A program made the translations under genes and the position numbers. Source: Stegostoma tigrinum (Eukaryota). From it: 64,000 bases of DNA. The notes beneath the pieces were generated by a model, which saw only the letters and a list, made by a program, of their open reading frames with translations, did no database searches and had not been told where the DNA came from. Shown here one piece after another: positions 39,974 through 53,599 of this stretch; the stretch's first letter is position 1; the number at the start of each line of letters is the position of its first letter. The DNA lies in the NCBI RefSeq assembly GCF_030684315.1, contig NC_081354.1, positions 56,262,259 through 56,326,258 of the forward strand, written 5' to 3'.

Positions 39974-40723
39974 TATAATGAAATTACAATGGTATAGTGA
40001 CAGAAAGCTCAAAGAAATTCAGAGTTGAGAGTAAAATCAAGGGCATTATTTTGTACCAACTATATCATGGAAATATAATGACAGAAGTTCTTACAATTGG
40101 ACTCCAAACTTAAAGTGATTCTACCACTTTGAACTTATTCAAAAAGAGCCCCTGCTAAAGCACTGATTTATCATATATGTCCTGGTGTTCCTTAGAACCT
40201 TGACTAAAGTGCACAATATAGCATGAGATAAAAATAATAAAATGATTCCTTCTTTCCAGGTCTTTTTATGCAATGCCATTTCAATAATTGAGATTAGAGA
40301 GATCCATCATAATAGGCAGCCTGAGACAAAGAGAGGAATGAATGGGCATTTTCCATTACTAAACTGTGCACACTGATCAATGAAAACAGAAAGGGTGGCC
40401 AAGATGGTTGCACCTCTAAATTGAGAAAGTATATTTGTAGTTTACTCTTTCACTTGAAGTGTTCAAACGATTACGAAATTTGTAATAGTCATAGGCATTG
40501 TCCAAATTAAACAATTAAATTCAAATTTTGAAATGACTGAAGAAACTGTGAAACAAATGGGAAGTTATACTTCAGTTTGTGCAAACAACTACTGCAGATT
40601 TCAAAAATAGCCAGTCTCCTTGAAGTCATTACCACAGGAAGATATTCAAGTATGCCAAGGAACAGTATCTTTCAATCGGTGTTACTGCATCCCTATACAT
40701 TTGAAGTACTGAGCAGTGTTTAC

Positions 40724-40903
40724 CTCGTGAATATCGATCACAACATTTTCTTCTGGCTGTTTGGTACTCCTGACATCCTCTAGAGCCAGAGTAAAGTACA
40801 CACCCTTCAGGTCCGACAAGTAGAGGTTATAGGTGTCCGTCTGATGCCACTCCTTAACAGCTACAAATACCTGATTCTCATCTGTACTGATGATCTGCAT
40901 GTC
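40724..40903 (-). CDS. SORCS2: SORCS2 internal coding exon (180 nt)
   Basis: ctctag|GAC ATG CAG...CAC GAG|gtaaac translates DMQIISTDENQVFVAVKEWHQTDTYNLYLSDLKGVYFTLALEDVRSTKQPEENVVIDIHE (overlaps track ORF 40682..40900). Phase 0/0. Confidence 0.95.
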
Positions 40904-42508
40904 CTAGAGGATAAAAAGATGATGATTTTATGCCATATCGGTCAGAAATTATTGCACATGTATTAACAGCAAGGTACAAACAACTTTCTAACCAAATCAC
41001 ATGAAAATGGATAGTGTTCATTCACCTAAGACTGCTATCAGTAAGAAGGAAAAAGGCTGAGTATCTTTGAATGATCAGACTGGCTCTATATTTACTCAAG
41101 ACTCGATTGTGCACAGATGACTCTGTTGTTTAGCTTAACTCATCGTATATCTCTACCTGGACTGAAAGACTGCAGCTTCAAGCCTCATTTGTGCGCTGAA
41201 GTTTACATTTTTATCCATTTTGTAGGAGTGCCAATTTTTATATTAGACTTTGAATGCAAACACTGTCTCCCAGTCCTCAATTGTAGAACAATAAATGAGG
41301 AAAATCCTGATAGTTTTTCAGGTTTTTCCCCTCCTAATAACCAATAACATTCCTTCTCTTTCAATAGATTTAATTGCAAGAATGTAATCTCTGTCCACAG
41401 TTAAACATTTTGCAGTAAAAATGGAGAGCTTATTCCATTTGAGTTTTATTTTAAACATGTCCACTAAATTTAAAATTTGTTCCAAGTCAGGAATATTTTA
41501 AAAATTTTTGCAATGATACAAATATTGTTTGCATGAGTACAGCATACTTTCAAACCCTGCACAGCTGAAATGCTGTTTAACCTTGTTCAAGGCACATTTT
41601 GTTGTACATTTTTCCAATGTGAGGATTGGGGGAAAGAGCATGATCAGGAAAGACCAGAATAGACCATTACATTTAAATTCTCCTTCAGGACCGATGCTAG
41701 CAATGTCTAAAAGCCTCAAAATTGGATTGTGTTTTTAAAGAAATCTGTGAACTCTGTCCACGCAACTCAAAACTCAGAATTGATTACTATTGATTTTTAA
41801 TCTTGCTCAATTTTCTGAACTTAATTGTAACATAACATTGCTGTAATCAAAAAACCATTACAGTTAAAATAAACCTTTGCAGCTGGTAATTGTGCCAATG
41901 AAATCATTTTTATTGATTTTGTAGTGAACAGTGCATTTTGATAGTTGTCACCTCATAAATTAACAAAGGTTTAACAATATCTCTGGGGTTACCCGTTTTA
42001 TGGGAAGCTTATTTTGGACTTTAAAATTGAAAAATTGCTGACAAGGATAACCATTTTATCAAATTTTACTTCACTGCGTTTACATAATTACTTAGCAATG
42101 TAATTGCCAATTGAACCTCTCAGTATGCCCTTGACCTTGACCTTCTCGCAGATATGGAAGGAGTTCACCTGCAATGTAAGTCAGACAACAAGCTCTACAG
42201 TCCATCCAGACTGAAAGCAAAGACAAACATACAGAATATCTTGATCAGATAACTCCTGTATGCAGGTCATGTTGCACTAGTCACTCAGACAGAAACTAGC
42301 AAACAAATGTTCATGGATTGCTACCTCAACACGTGTCAATTAGTTTTTTTACTATAAATCTCAGGAAAAATGTGTTTACAGGGCCTGGTGTCACATCTCC
42401 CCTCTATTTCCTTCTTAAAATAAACATCATCCTGTTGGAAGTGGTTAGCAAATTGCACTTCCTTCAGTCGACAGTGGCAGATAATCTGTTTTTGCTGTTG
42501 AACTCCAT

Positions 42509-45500
42509 TGTCATTCTAATGAGGTCAGCCAAGTACAACTCACAGTTCCCTGAGATAATTCTGTGTAGAGCTGGATGAACACAGCAGGCCAAGCAGCATC
42601 AGAGCAGCAGGAAAGCTGATGTTTCGGGCCTAGGATCTTCTCAGTTCCCTGACTGAGGCTGTTAATCAAGTCCACTCAGGGAGCCCTGGCTGACAGACAA
42701 GGACAGGAGTGTCAGACATCCTGTTCACTCTGAGGGAGCTGGATCAGTGTCAAGGTCTCTCCATGTGTAAATAAAGGGTGACTTGGTGACACGATGCTGG
42801 CTTCTGTGGAGTTATTTTAATAGCGATGAAACAAAAGCAGCACAGTCCTGAAGAAATTTGCTTTCAATAGTTGTCTTTGAGTTGGGGTAAGCATTTCTGG
42901 CATTGTTCTGTTGTTTGAGAAGCTTGGTTCATTTGATCCTACCATCAAAGACTGGGCTCAGTAAGTGGAAAGAATATGTTATTTTTTCCAGCCAAATGGC
43001 ATTGGGGCAGATGAAAAGCAACAAGTAATTTTCCCAACAGCTTGTGGACACACAGCTTTTTCGGTTGTTAGGAGCCTCATTTTCGGTGAGGCACCAGATA
43101 CTAAACCTTTTAAGAGTTGAAGGATTTAGTTAAGGAATGTTATACCCTTAAGCTTACTCTAATTCTGAGAAGCTATTGGTTTTACTCAGTAGTTCAAGGA
43201 CTAAGGAAATCTATTTTGGGATTTTTGACTAGATTAAGATGACTGGCAAAGGCGCATCTCTGGTTTAACCCTCAATGAAAATCTAAAAGACTGTTTAATA
43301 TGTGGGATTAATGATGTAACCATGCAATAGCACCTATTAGCTAAAGCACAACTGGAATTCAAACAGGCACTACAACTGGCTTTATTATTAGGAAATGTGG
43401 CACGTGGCATATATAAGTTGCAGGGTATTCCGAAGGAAATGGACACCCGCACCCATCCGTCTGAGCTTGGGAAACGTCACCTGAATGAAGGCAATTGTAT
43501 AGCCTGACTCAGGACATATCCTGAACAGAGGGACTCAAAATCTGACCACAGCTAAACCCTAAAACAAAGCTGAGAATCAGCCAAACAGTCAGTACTTTCT
43601 TCAGGATCCAGGCCTGCAAGCCACTGTATACCAGTACACGGACTTGAGACAACAAAAAAAAGTCTCATTAAGTTTGAATCGAGTAGGAAACCTGATAGGC
43701 CAGTATTCAGCAGGAAGACTCACCTACATTGGTTCATCAATTTTTCATTAGAAAATGCTGCCTGAGTGAGGTCCTAATTAAATACCCAGATATTATTCAG
43801 GAAGATGTAGAGATAATCAATGGAGCCAAGGCCACCTTGCATGTTGAGCAGGAAGGAATTCCATGATTCTGCAAGGGCTGCCCAGTGCCATTTGCCTTGC
43901 AGGCAAAAGCAGGGGCAGTAATCAGGAGGCTGGAAACAAAGGAATCATCAAACCTATCCAGTTTGTGGAATAGGCAGCATCGATCATGTCGATTATGAAG
44001 CCTGACAGGTTGGTTCGCCTTTGTGGGTATTTTAAACAAATGGTAAACTGCTTTTCGCAGCTGGATTAATACACAATCGCTCGTATAGAGGATTTATACA
44101 CAAAGCTGGTGGGGGACTGTCCTTCACGAAGCTGGGCATGAACCATGCGCACTTGTAATTGCAGTTAGATGAGAATTCCCAGAAGTAAACTACATAAGGG
44201 TTTCAAGATTGCCATTTAGTGTGTCATCTACCTCTGCAATTTTTCAGTGGTCAACAGGGAACACATTAAAGGCCTACCCCAGCTTGTAATTTATCTAGTT
44301 GACATGCTACTAATAGCAGACACCATAAGGAACACTTAGACAACTTGGACAAAACACTTACGCATTTCTTTCATGCAGATGTACTTCTTGAAAAGGAAAA
44401 ATGTGTGTTCCAGGCACCCCAAGTGATCTATTGGGCTACAGAGTCAACAAGACCGGGTTACGTCCATTGGGAGAGAAATTGAGGGCAATCAAACATGCCC
44501 TGGCTCCCAAATCTGCACTGGAGCTTAGGTCTTTCCTTGGGCTGGTGAATAATCACAGAAATTCCAATCATAACCTGGCCTCCATCTTGGCATCTTTGCA
44601 TGCCTCTCAGAAATGTTGGTCATAGATAGAGGGCCATCATTTACCAGCAGGGAGTTTGAGTGTTTTCTGAAGTAGAGTGGTATTCGATACACAAGGACAG
44701 CTCCATACCATCCATCATCCAATGAATCCACTGCAGAAAGGGCAGTTCAAACTTTGAAGACAGGCTTAAAGAAACAGCCTACAGCTTCATTAGATACCAA
44801 ACTGTACTGGTTGCGATTTGATTACAGGACCACTCCTCATGCATTTACAGGGATAGCTCCAGCAAAGTTGCTAATTGGGAAAAGACTCCACAATAGTTTA
44901 ATTTTGATCTTCCTGGCCTGCAGGGGAAAGGGGTGCATGGGCAGGAATGAAATGGCATCAGGAGTACCAATGCCAGGAACAAGTCTCCGCACAGTGAGAG
45001 AGACAGTTTACTTCAGGGGATGAAGTTTGGTGTAGGAACCATGGGAATAGTCCTGCATGGTTAGATGCATGGTCGATGCAAGGGGTCAGTTCCGGTAATG
45101 CATAAAGTTCAGGTCGGTGCAACAGTCCTTAACAAGCACATGGACCATATGAAAGCTGCAAAAGCAAAATTATGTGAGAGTAAAATGTGCCCAGCTCCTT
45201 GATAGCCTGTCTGCTTGTTCCATAACCCATGGGACCTCCTTCTCCATCAAGCACTGAAGATACCTTAGAATCTGAGATGGATATGGTGGATGTTGCTGCC
45301 TTGATGCCTTTGTTGCTCATATCAGAAGCAGAGATAGTGGAACTTGACCCAATGCTAAAACACCCCATGGGGAACTACAAAAAAAAAAGGTCTATGCCCT
45401 TGGACTCAGAGGAGGAGTGACATAGCAATTATAATGAAATCAGTCAGGTGGACATTTTAGAACACGAGTTCCCTGACTGGGGTTGTTAATCTGGTCCAGT

Positions 45501-45653
45501 CAGGGAATCCCGGCTGACAGATAGGAACAGGAGTGTCACTGGCTCTGTTCACTCAGAGCTAGCTCTGAAGAAGTTGGATTAGTGTGAAGGACTCTCCACA
45601 TGTAGATAAGGAATTACTCATAATGGGATACTGGCCTCTGTGTAGTTATTTCA
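42509..45653 (+). mobile_element. Old Ty3/Gypsy LTR retrotransposon with both LTRs, internally deleted
   Basis: LTRs at about 42509-42819 and 45421-45653 share agttccctgact...ggctgacaga...acaggagtgtca...ctgttcactc...gttattt. A PBS-like tagcgatga follows LTR1 and a PPT lies at 45408-45417. Decayed gag (EKQQVIFPTACG), RT (RIEDLYTKL...FTKL) and integrase (APYHPSSNESTAERAVQTLKTGLKK...YRTTPH) are present. Confidence 0.88.
42554..42641 (-). mobile_element. 88-bp PLE pLTR fragment inserted in the Gypsy 5' LTR
   Basis: TSD cagttccctga is at 42543-42553 and 42642-42652. The 3' LTR has a single agttccctga and no insert. Confidence 0.85.
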
Positions 45654-46894
45654 AACTCATTTCAAAGCCACACGTTCATGTATATGAAAAACATCTACCA
45701 TCTTTGTAGACTCTCAAAACATGCATACATCAAGCTGAATCTTAAGACAAAGATAAAAGTAAAAACTTGCAGATACTAGAAATCTGAAACAGAATGATTG
45801 AAACTCAGCATATCTGGCAGCATTTGGGGAGAGCGAAACAGAGTTTTGAGTCCATACTGACATTTCTTCAGAACCCTTAAGACCAAGATGTTGGTTTCCG
45901 AGTTCTGTGTTCTTCGCACTTTGTTATATGACTACGAAAGACAAATGACTTATGGCTTTCTAGAATGGAAACTCATCATCTTTCATATTCATTGTCTGTG
46001 TCACATTCTGGGCATCTCATGGAAGCAGAAAATAACGAAGACCATCTCCCATGAATCGTAGCGAGGGCTACTTAATCAGCTTGGACATGTTCACAGGATG
46101 GACGTATCACAAAGAATTCTCTGCAGGGGAGATGCAGCCAGAGCTAGAAGACAAATAGGACAGCAAAGCTCATTTTCAAGTATTCTTGCAAGCATAACAC
46201 AAGCCCCAAATCATCGATTTCACACTTGGGAGCCAACAGCCGATTGACAGAGGAAAATGGTGACATCATTTATTTGCTGGTTTATGCCAACATAACTTTT
46301 AGTAGCCACAGTGGTTTTAAAGCAGGGACCAGCACCAAACACAACTACCCACAACAACACCCTATAACCACTTCAAACACAGTGCTTGTGGCAAACTGTA
46401 CATCTCATAGATTTCTGTAATCAGCCATCACTAATAATTGCACAATATCCCATCTCCAATGGATTTATTTTCGCTTTTCCATCATTATACATAGATGGAG
46501 GATTGCCATCAATAATGATTATTTTCCATTATATGTTCCACTGGATTTACTCTTCCATCAATCTGTCTGTATTCTGCCCATATCTAAACTAAATGTCTCA
46601 ATATAAATGCAATTCATGGTAATAAAGATAAATCCATGAAATAGAAAGAAATAGAAACATTTGCTGATGGGTTCAATGAAACGAATGGGGGGGGAGGGGG
46701 AAGAATCATGAGAAGCATAAACAAAATCATAGATAACTGGACCACAAGGCCTTCTTCTGTACTGTAAATTGTGTGAACCACGAGTTGTCATTGTATACAT
46801 GGGATTCTATTTCTTAGAGCATTGGAAGATGTGTGGTTAAAGATTTCTGCCAGTGATGGACTTAGGCAAATATTTTCCTTTTAATTCAACCTTG

Positions 46895-48350
46895 ATCTAT
46901 GGGCATCACTTGCCATTTATTGCCATCCCTGGTCACCCTTAAGAGTGCAGAAGTGTTCTTTCTCTTGAACAGGCATTCCATGAATGGTAAAATACTCCCA
47001 CATTGCTGATAAAGAGAGAGTTCCATAATTTTGACACAGCGACAACGAAGCAACGTTCAAACCAGGATGATTTATGACTTGGAGGGAACTTATAGCTGAT
47101 TGTATCCCATGCATCTGTTCACCAACATATGTCACAGGTTTGGGAGGCACTGTTGAAGTAGTTCTGTCAAGTTGCTGTATACCCTTTGATACTCTAAAAT
47201 GTAGTCACAAAAAGCATCAAGAGATCTGTTTTGCCTCGACTTTGCAAACCTCTGTAGTAGCACCATTTAGTCAAATGTAGACTCTTCCATCAAAATTTGA
47301 CTAGTACCTTGTAGAAGGAGGGCAGGTTTTGATCAGTCACAGACATTAATTTAATTGATCCAGTTGAATCTATAATATTGGTAACCACGAGAATGTTGAC
47401 GGTGGAGAATTTGGCACAGATAATTTTACACACAAGGGGAGGTAGATTTATTGTCTGTTACTGGAGATGATCATTGCCTGGCAGTTGGATGAATGTAAGC
47501 CACTACTTATCAGAATATTGTCCATGGTCTGGCGGATGTGGAGTATTACATTATTAGGAAATTCAGATGAAACTGAGCACTGAGCAATCAGTAGCAGACA
47601 TCTCCAATTCTGATGCAACACAGGTCATCAATGAAGCAGCTGAAGATGGCTGGGTCTAGGATACCACTCTGAGGAACACTTTAAGTGATAAAATTGTTTG
47701 TCCTCAACAGCTAAAACGATCTTCCTTTGTGCCCTATGTGATTTCAGCCATTGAAAACTTTCCCTGATTCTCATTGACTCCAGATTTTCTTGGGCAATTT
47801 GATGCCAGATTCAGTCAAATATGCACTTGATGTCTATGTTGGTCATTGTCGCCTCACATCAGGAATTCAGTTCTTTGGCCTGTCTTTGGAAGAAGGGTTT
47901 ATGAAGGCCTGAAGTCAAGTGATCTCAACAGAAAACACACTAAAGATTATTCAGCAAGCTATTGATGAGTAAGTGAACTACTGTTGATTCTTTAGAACAC
48001 TGATGATGATTGAGAATAGGCTAAGAGCAGTGGTTGGTGAGGCTGGGTATATCCAATTTCTTGTGGATCAAACTATCTGGATATTTTTGGGTACAGCTAA
48101 GTTGTAGTGCTACTGGCACTTCCGTTTTAACGGCACAGGTCTTCTCCACTACATTTAGGGTCTTCTCAGATTCCTGTAGCCTTTGTTGTCTCTAGTGCAC
48201 TTAGGTGTTTCTTGTTATCACTTAGAATGAATCAAATATTCTGAAGACTGGCATCTATGATGCTGGAAGCCTCCAGTGATGATTAAAATAGATCATGCAC
48301 AATGGGTTGCTGGCTGGAAATAATTGTGAGCTCTTCAAAAGTGTGTTTTG
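46895..48350 (-). mobile_element. Highly decayed LINE (RT region to 3' tail)
   Basis: Reverse complement shows gacatcaagtgcatatttgac (DIKxxFD-like), gttcctcagagtggtatcctagaccca (VPQxxILxP) and cagctgcttcattgatgacct (CFIDDL). The tail resembles 10615-10715. Confidence 0.6.
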
Positions 48351-51171
48351 CACTTGCACGTTACTGATGGCTATATTTCTTTCCCTCTTATTCCCCAACT
48401 GTCCACAAAACTCTTAAACCAGATGAGGCAGAACTCTGATCCGATTCCGTGATAAAAGAACATTTTTTAATATCTTGTGTCGGAGTTTCACCAGATTGTT
48501 GCTTCATCTTCAGGTATTCATGATGGTTTTCTGATTTGATACTGATCAAGGAAGGAGCAATACTCCAGTCCATGAAGTTTGCCGTGGAATTCCTTTCTGC
48601 TGATGACAAGCCACAATATCTCATGGGTTCCCATTTTAGAATTCAAGTACTCATTGCCACCTGAAACTGGATGATGATTGCCAATTTAACTCGGCAGAAG
48701 TTTTCAGCTTTTAAATATCATTCATAATTATCTTGTCTCCTTTTCATATGGGCTGAGAAGCAGCTGTCAATCAAAGTCACTAACCTAGGCTGAGATTTAT
48801 TCTTTCTACTGTAGCCAAATGACTTGCTGATTCTCAACATAAAAGTGTCTCAGACAATTGCTTCTTTCTGAATATCCCTGTTGCTAACGGTGAAGGATGA
48901 ATGTTCTCTGGTAATAGCAACAATGTGAGTGTTTCATTCGGATAGATATTGATTTTATTCGATAGAGTAACATTCAAGATTGCATAAATGTAAAACGAGG
49001 CCGATAATTTACATTTTTTTATTTCGATTCAAGGAGTAAAGAATAAGAATGGAGAATGAAATAAAATTGGCATCCAATTCAATATTAATTATTTTACAGT
49101 CTTTCATTAAGTCATGGACTACCCCAAAGTACCTGCCAAATGTTGATTAAAGTGAATTAGGCATAACAGAATTTTTTAAAAATGACCATCCATTGAAAAG
49201 TCTAATCCCTGTGGAGTCATTACCCTGATAACAGGTCTATTCTGAGCTGATACTTATCTAGTGATAAAATGTTTTGTATCATCATGGTTGTTGATCTCTT
49301 ACATACTGTCTGTAAGTGTACAAAATATTGTGTAAAAATGATAAATTATTGTGTTACTCCCAGAAAAAAATGAAGAGGTAGAATGGAAATCTCCAGTTGG
49401 GGGGCTACCTGTGGATTTGTGATTTGTTCTGGCAGCTCAACCAGTTTACTTAGATGAGGCTTGAGGTGAAAATTTGATTTAGCTTGCACAACATGTGGTC
49501 AAGCTCACACGTCAAAAGTTAGCAGAAGATGGCTAGTGAACAAAGAACTCTATGCTAGAAAAAATCAGAAGTGGAAAGAACAGGAACAAGGGAATAAAAT
49601 CCACAATGCCACTCCTGGCTTACAATATAAAAAAAACTTTCACAATACATTTCAAAATGAATAAAGAACAGAGGCTTCACATCCTATTACAACACTAGTC
49701 TCATTCTAAATGTAACTTAGGATGTGCAATGTGTCCGGAAGAGTCAGACATCATAGCTTTCCAAAACCAAAAGAATTTATAAGTCACTGATGTGGTAAAT
49801 TAGTGGCATTAAGCACATATACCTACATTGTGAAGTGTTAGAACTGCTTTTTCAAATGTACTCATTAACAAAAGTAGCAATGGTATTCTTGTACAATAGG
49901 TTTCTTGGCAGGTTAAACTTAATAAAATATTATGCAGATATATTTTTGAAAGATGAAAACCACATATAATTGAAATAGTGCACATTATTATTGTAGTATG
50001 TGTAGAATGACTCATCTATGTACCACTAGATTCTAGAAGTTACATGATGTTCTTTACCATTTGGCCTTCCATCTAAGCATGGCTAATATGCAAATCAGGT
50101 TCTACTTATTAAACTGGTGGTTACCTGATTGGTCCTTAATGTAACAGGACTTATGCAAGCTTCAAATGTTTTCTTGTGTTTCTGACAGTGTCATACATGA
50201 TGCAGAGATTGATGGTCATGCAAGATCTGTGGTAGCCAGTGCTGCCTCTTTAAAGTTTAGCCATTGCACTTCAAACACATACATCTGTTAACTGGCAACT
50301 TAATCTGTGAGCCCAGCACAGAAAGCTTTTTTGGACCAAATTGTTCTTAGGGAAGAATTGTTCTCTGCTCGGTGCTGACACACTTATTTAGTACCTTTTT
50401 TTAAGAAAAAGTCTAATCATTTAAAATATGAAGTAAACTATTGCGCAAGGTTGTCTTTATGGCTTTGAGACTCTAGTGAGAGAAAAAAAATACTTCTGTT
50501 CTAATTACAAAGGTGTCCTTCATTTAAAGTCTCTCGCTTGAAGCTTTCTTATTATAGGTTTTGGATCTCTTTCCAGTAACATAAAACCTATCAAGGAGCA
50601 TTTTGATACTACCCTGTGAGAGAGTTAAAATGCAAGTTCCAAAGTTATAAATAATTTCTTATTCTTTAAAAACAAATGCTTTCCTAAAAGATAATTTACT
50701 TTCATTTTTGAACACCTTTCTTCAATTAGTTTCCATTGAATAATTATATTTGAAAAACAATACAATCCAAAAAAACAGAATTGAGATTTTTTGGAAAAAT
50801 TCACATGGAGGGGACCAAGTTGAGATTCCAGTAATGATTTGATATAAATTCAACTTTACTTCCCTATGCAACTTTTTTATTTCCTTCCTATTACGTAATT
50901 GGCAAGTCAAGGTGGCAACAAATGCTGGAGTTCGATTCACATGGGATAATAAGTTTTTTCTAGAATTGCTAATCTCTGACTCAAGAAGGTAGGTGTCAAT
51001 GTATTGTTTCATTCCACGAAGAACACAGCTAACTCCATATAATTTTTGTTTAATATTTCCACACATAAAGATACAAGTGGGATATCACAAGAAGATTTTA
51101 GAAAGCTAGGAATGAGGAATGGCAAGATTACTTTTCAAAGTAAATGAAAACTTCCATCGGAACTTCAGGAA

Positions 51172-52385
51172 GTCTTTTGAAGAAGTAATGAAGAGGATTG
51201 ATAAGGGCAGAGCGGTGGATTGTGACCTATATGGGCTTCAGTAAGGTGTTTGACACGTTTCCTCATGGTAGACTGGTTAGCAAGGTTAGGTTACATGTAA
51301 TCCAGGGAGCGCTAACCATTTGCGTATAGAAGCGGCTCAAAGGTAGAAGAGAGAGGTTGGTAATGGAGGGTTGCTCTTCAAACTGGAGGCCTATGACCAA
51401 CAGTGTGCCACAAGGATTGGTGCTGGGTCCACTGCTTTTCATCATTTATACAAATGATTTGGATGTGAACATAGGAGGTATAGTTAGTAAGTTTGCAGAT
51501 GACACCAAAACTGGAAGTGTAGTGGACAGCTAAAAAGGTTACCTTATAGTACAACGGGATCTTGATCAGAAGGGCCAATGGGCCAAGGAGTGGCAGATGG
51601 AATTTAATTTAGATAAATGTGAGGTGCTGCATTTTGGAAAGGCAAATCAGGGCAGGACTTATACACTTAATGGTGAAGCGGTGGGGAGTGTTGCTGAACA
51701 AAGAGACCTTGGAGTGCAGGATCATAATTCCTTGAAGGTGAAGATGCAGGTAGGTTGGAGAGCGAAGAAGGTGTTTGATATGCGTGTGCATTCAGTATAG
51801 GAGTTGGGATGGGATGACATGTAGTGGCTGTACAAATATTGGTTAGGCCATGTCTGGAGTGCTGCGTGCAGTTCTGGTCTCCCAGTCATAGGAAGGGTGT
51901 TGTGAAACTTGAAAGGGTTCAGAAAAGATTTATGAGGATGTTGGCAAGGTTTAAGCTATAGGGAGAGGTTGAATAGGCTGGGACTATTTTCCCTGGAGCA
52001 TCAGAGGCTGAAGGGGGACCTTATAGAGGTTTATAAAATCATGAGGGGCACGGATAGGGTAAATAGGCAAGGTCTTTTTCCCAGGATGGGGGGCCCAAAA
52101 CTAGAGGGCATAGGCTAAGGTGAGAGGTGAAAGATATAAAAGGGACCTAAGGGGCACCTTTTCACGTGGGTGGTGCATGCATGGAATGAGCTGCCACAGG
52201 AAGTGGTGCAGGCTGGTACAATTACAACATTTAAAAGGCAGCTGGATGGGTAAATGAATAGGAAGCATTTAGAGGAACATGGGCCAAATGCTGGCAAATG
52301 GGACTAGACTTGTTTTGGGTATTTGGTTCGCATGAATGAGTTGGACCGAAGGGTCTGTTTCCATGTTGTATATCTCTATGACTCT
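51172..52385 (+). mobile_element. CR1 LINE, RT to 3' end
   Basis: SVPQGLVLGPLLFIIYTNDLD...VSKFADDTK; MEFNLDKCEVLHFGKAN; tail gaagggtctgtttccatgttgtatatctctatgactct. Confidence 0.92.
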
Positions 52386-53599
52386 TTCAGTCTGATATTT
52401 TACCTTTCTTCACATATTTCTCTGACTAGCAATGTATTGGGACCCTGTTTGATCTTGTCAAATTTCTAATACTTTGCACCAACAGAATTCAAGGTTCAAA
52501 GAGCGAAAAGTTTGAGAGATGTGCATATATCAAGCCCATTATTAGGAAAAATTAAATTCTAACAAGGTGTTAGAATCTGCTGAAATAGGCACTCCTAACA
52601 TCATGAGCACGTGAATTTCCCTTAGCAGAGGAAAGTAGTTGCTATCAGTTACTTCCAATTTGTTCAGAATTTGTGATGTCACGTTGTGACAAAAACATAA
52701 TTCAAAAATGGTCACTTCTGTCAGACTGAGGTATGCAACACTGTGCATATCAATGATTGACAACTGCTCTGTGACTAGCAGTGACATTACTGCTTGTTTG
52801 ACAACTTAAGGTAGCAGTCTTCTTTTTAGAGAAAGATATATTTCCACACTGTGTACATTGTTTGTCCCAATTTTTGTCACTGTTTTTAATATTGGTTTTC
52901 TCTCTCTTCGAATCATTCATCCTGCTCAGCTGGAGATAACAGATGGTTAACAAGCTACCAAACATCAACTCTGTTGTTTGGTTCTTTGTAAAGACTTAAC
53001 AAATGCACTAAAATAAAAACAGGTTCACTGTCATAAAACATTGACAGTTTTTTGCTGACTGATCAACAATGTTACGCTTAAACCCCCATTTTCAACATTT
53101 GCAGTTTTACTTTAGTTTTATAAGTTAATTATCCTCGCTAATTAGCTTCATTGAGCATCCACAACTATGACTAACACCTTGGCAAACACCATTAAGAAAC
53201 TTGTTTCACATGCTGACATTTTTTATAACCAGGTTAGAAACTCTACTAGTTTATAATGGCACAGGTAGTGCCTAAGCAAGCAATCTGTATGCAGGTGGCT
53301 AATGTTTTTCTCGGCCTGTACATTCAGTTCCATTTACCAACATCTCATTACATTCTCTATGGACAGCATCGTCCTCCTCCACCCACTGTCCACAGAAATG
53401 TAAATTGACAAAACATCATCCTCACCAACTATCATGGCTGATCTCCTATTAACACAACGCACTTCATTACATCACTGCATTTTGGAGCAGGAGCAATGCA
53501 ATGCTCCTACTAAGTGACTCTTTGCACAGAGGCAAACACCTATTGCATCTCAAGCACCCGTACAGGATACATTTTGTAGCTGTTAACTTGATTTCTTAG

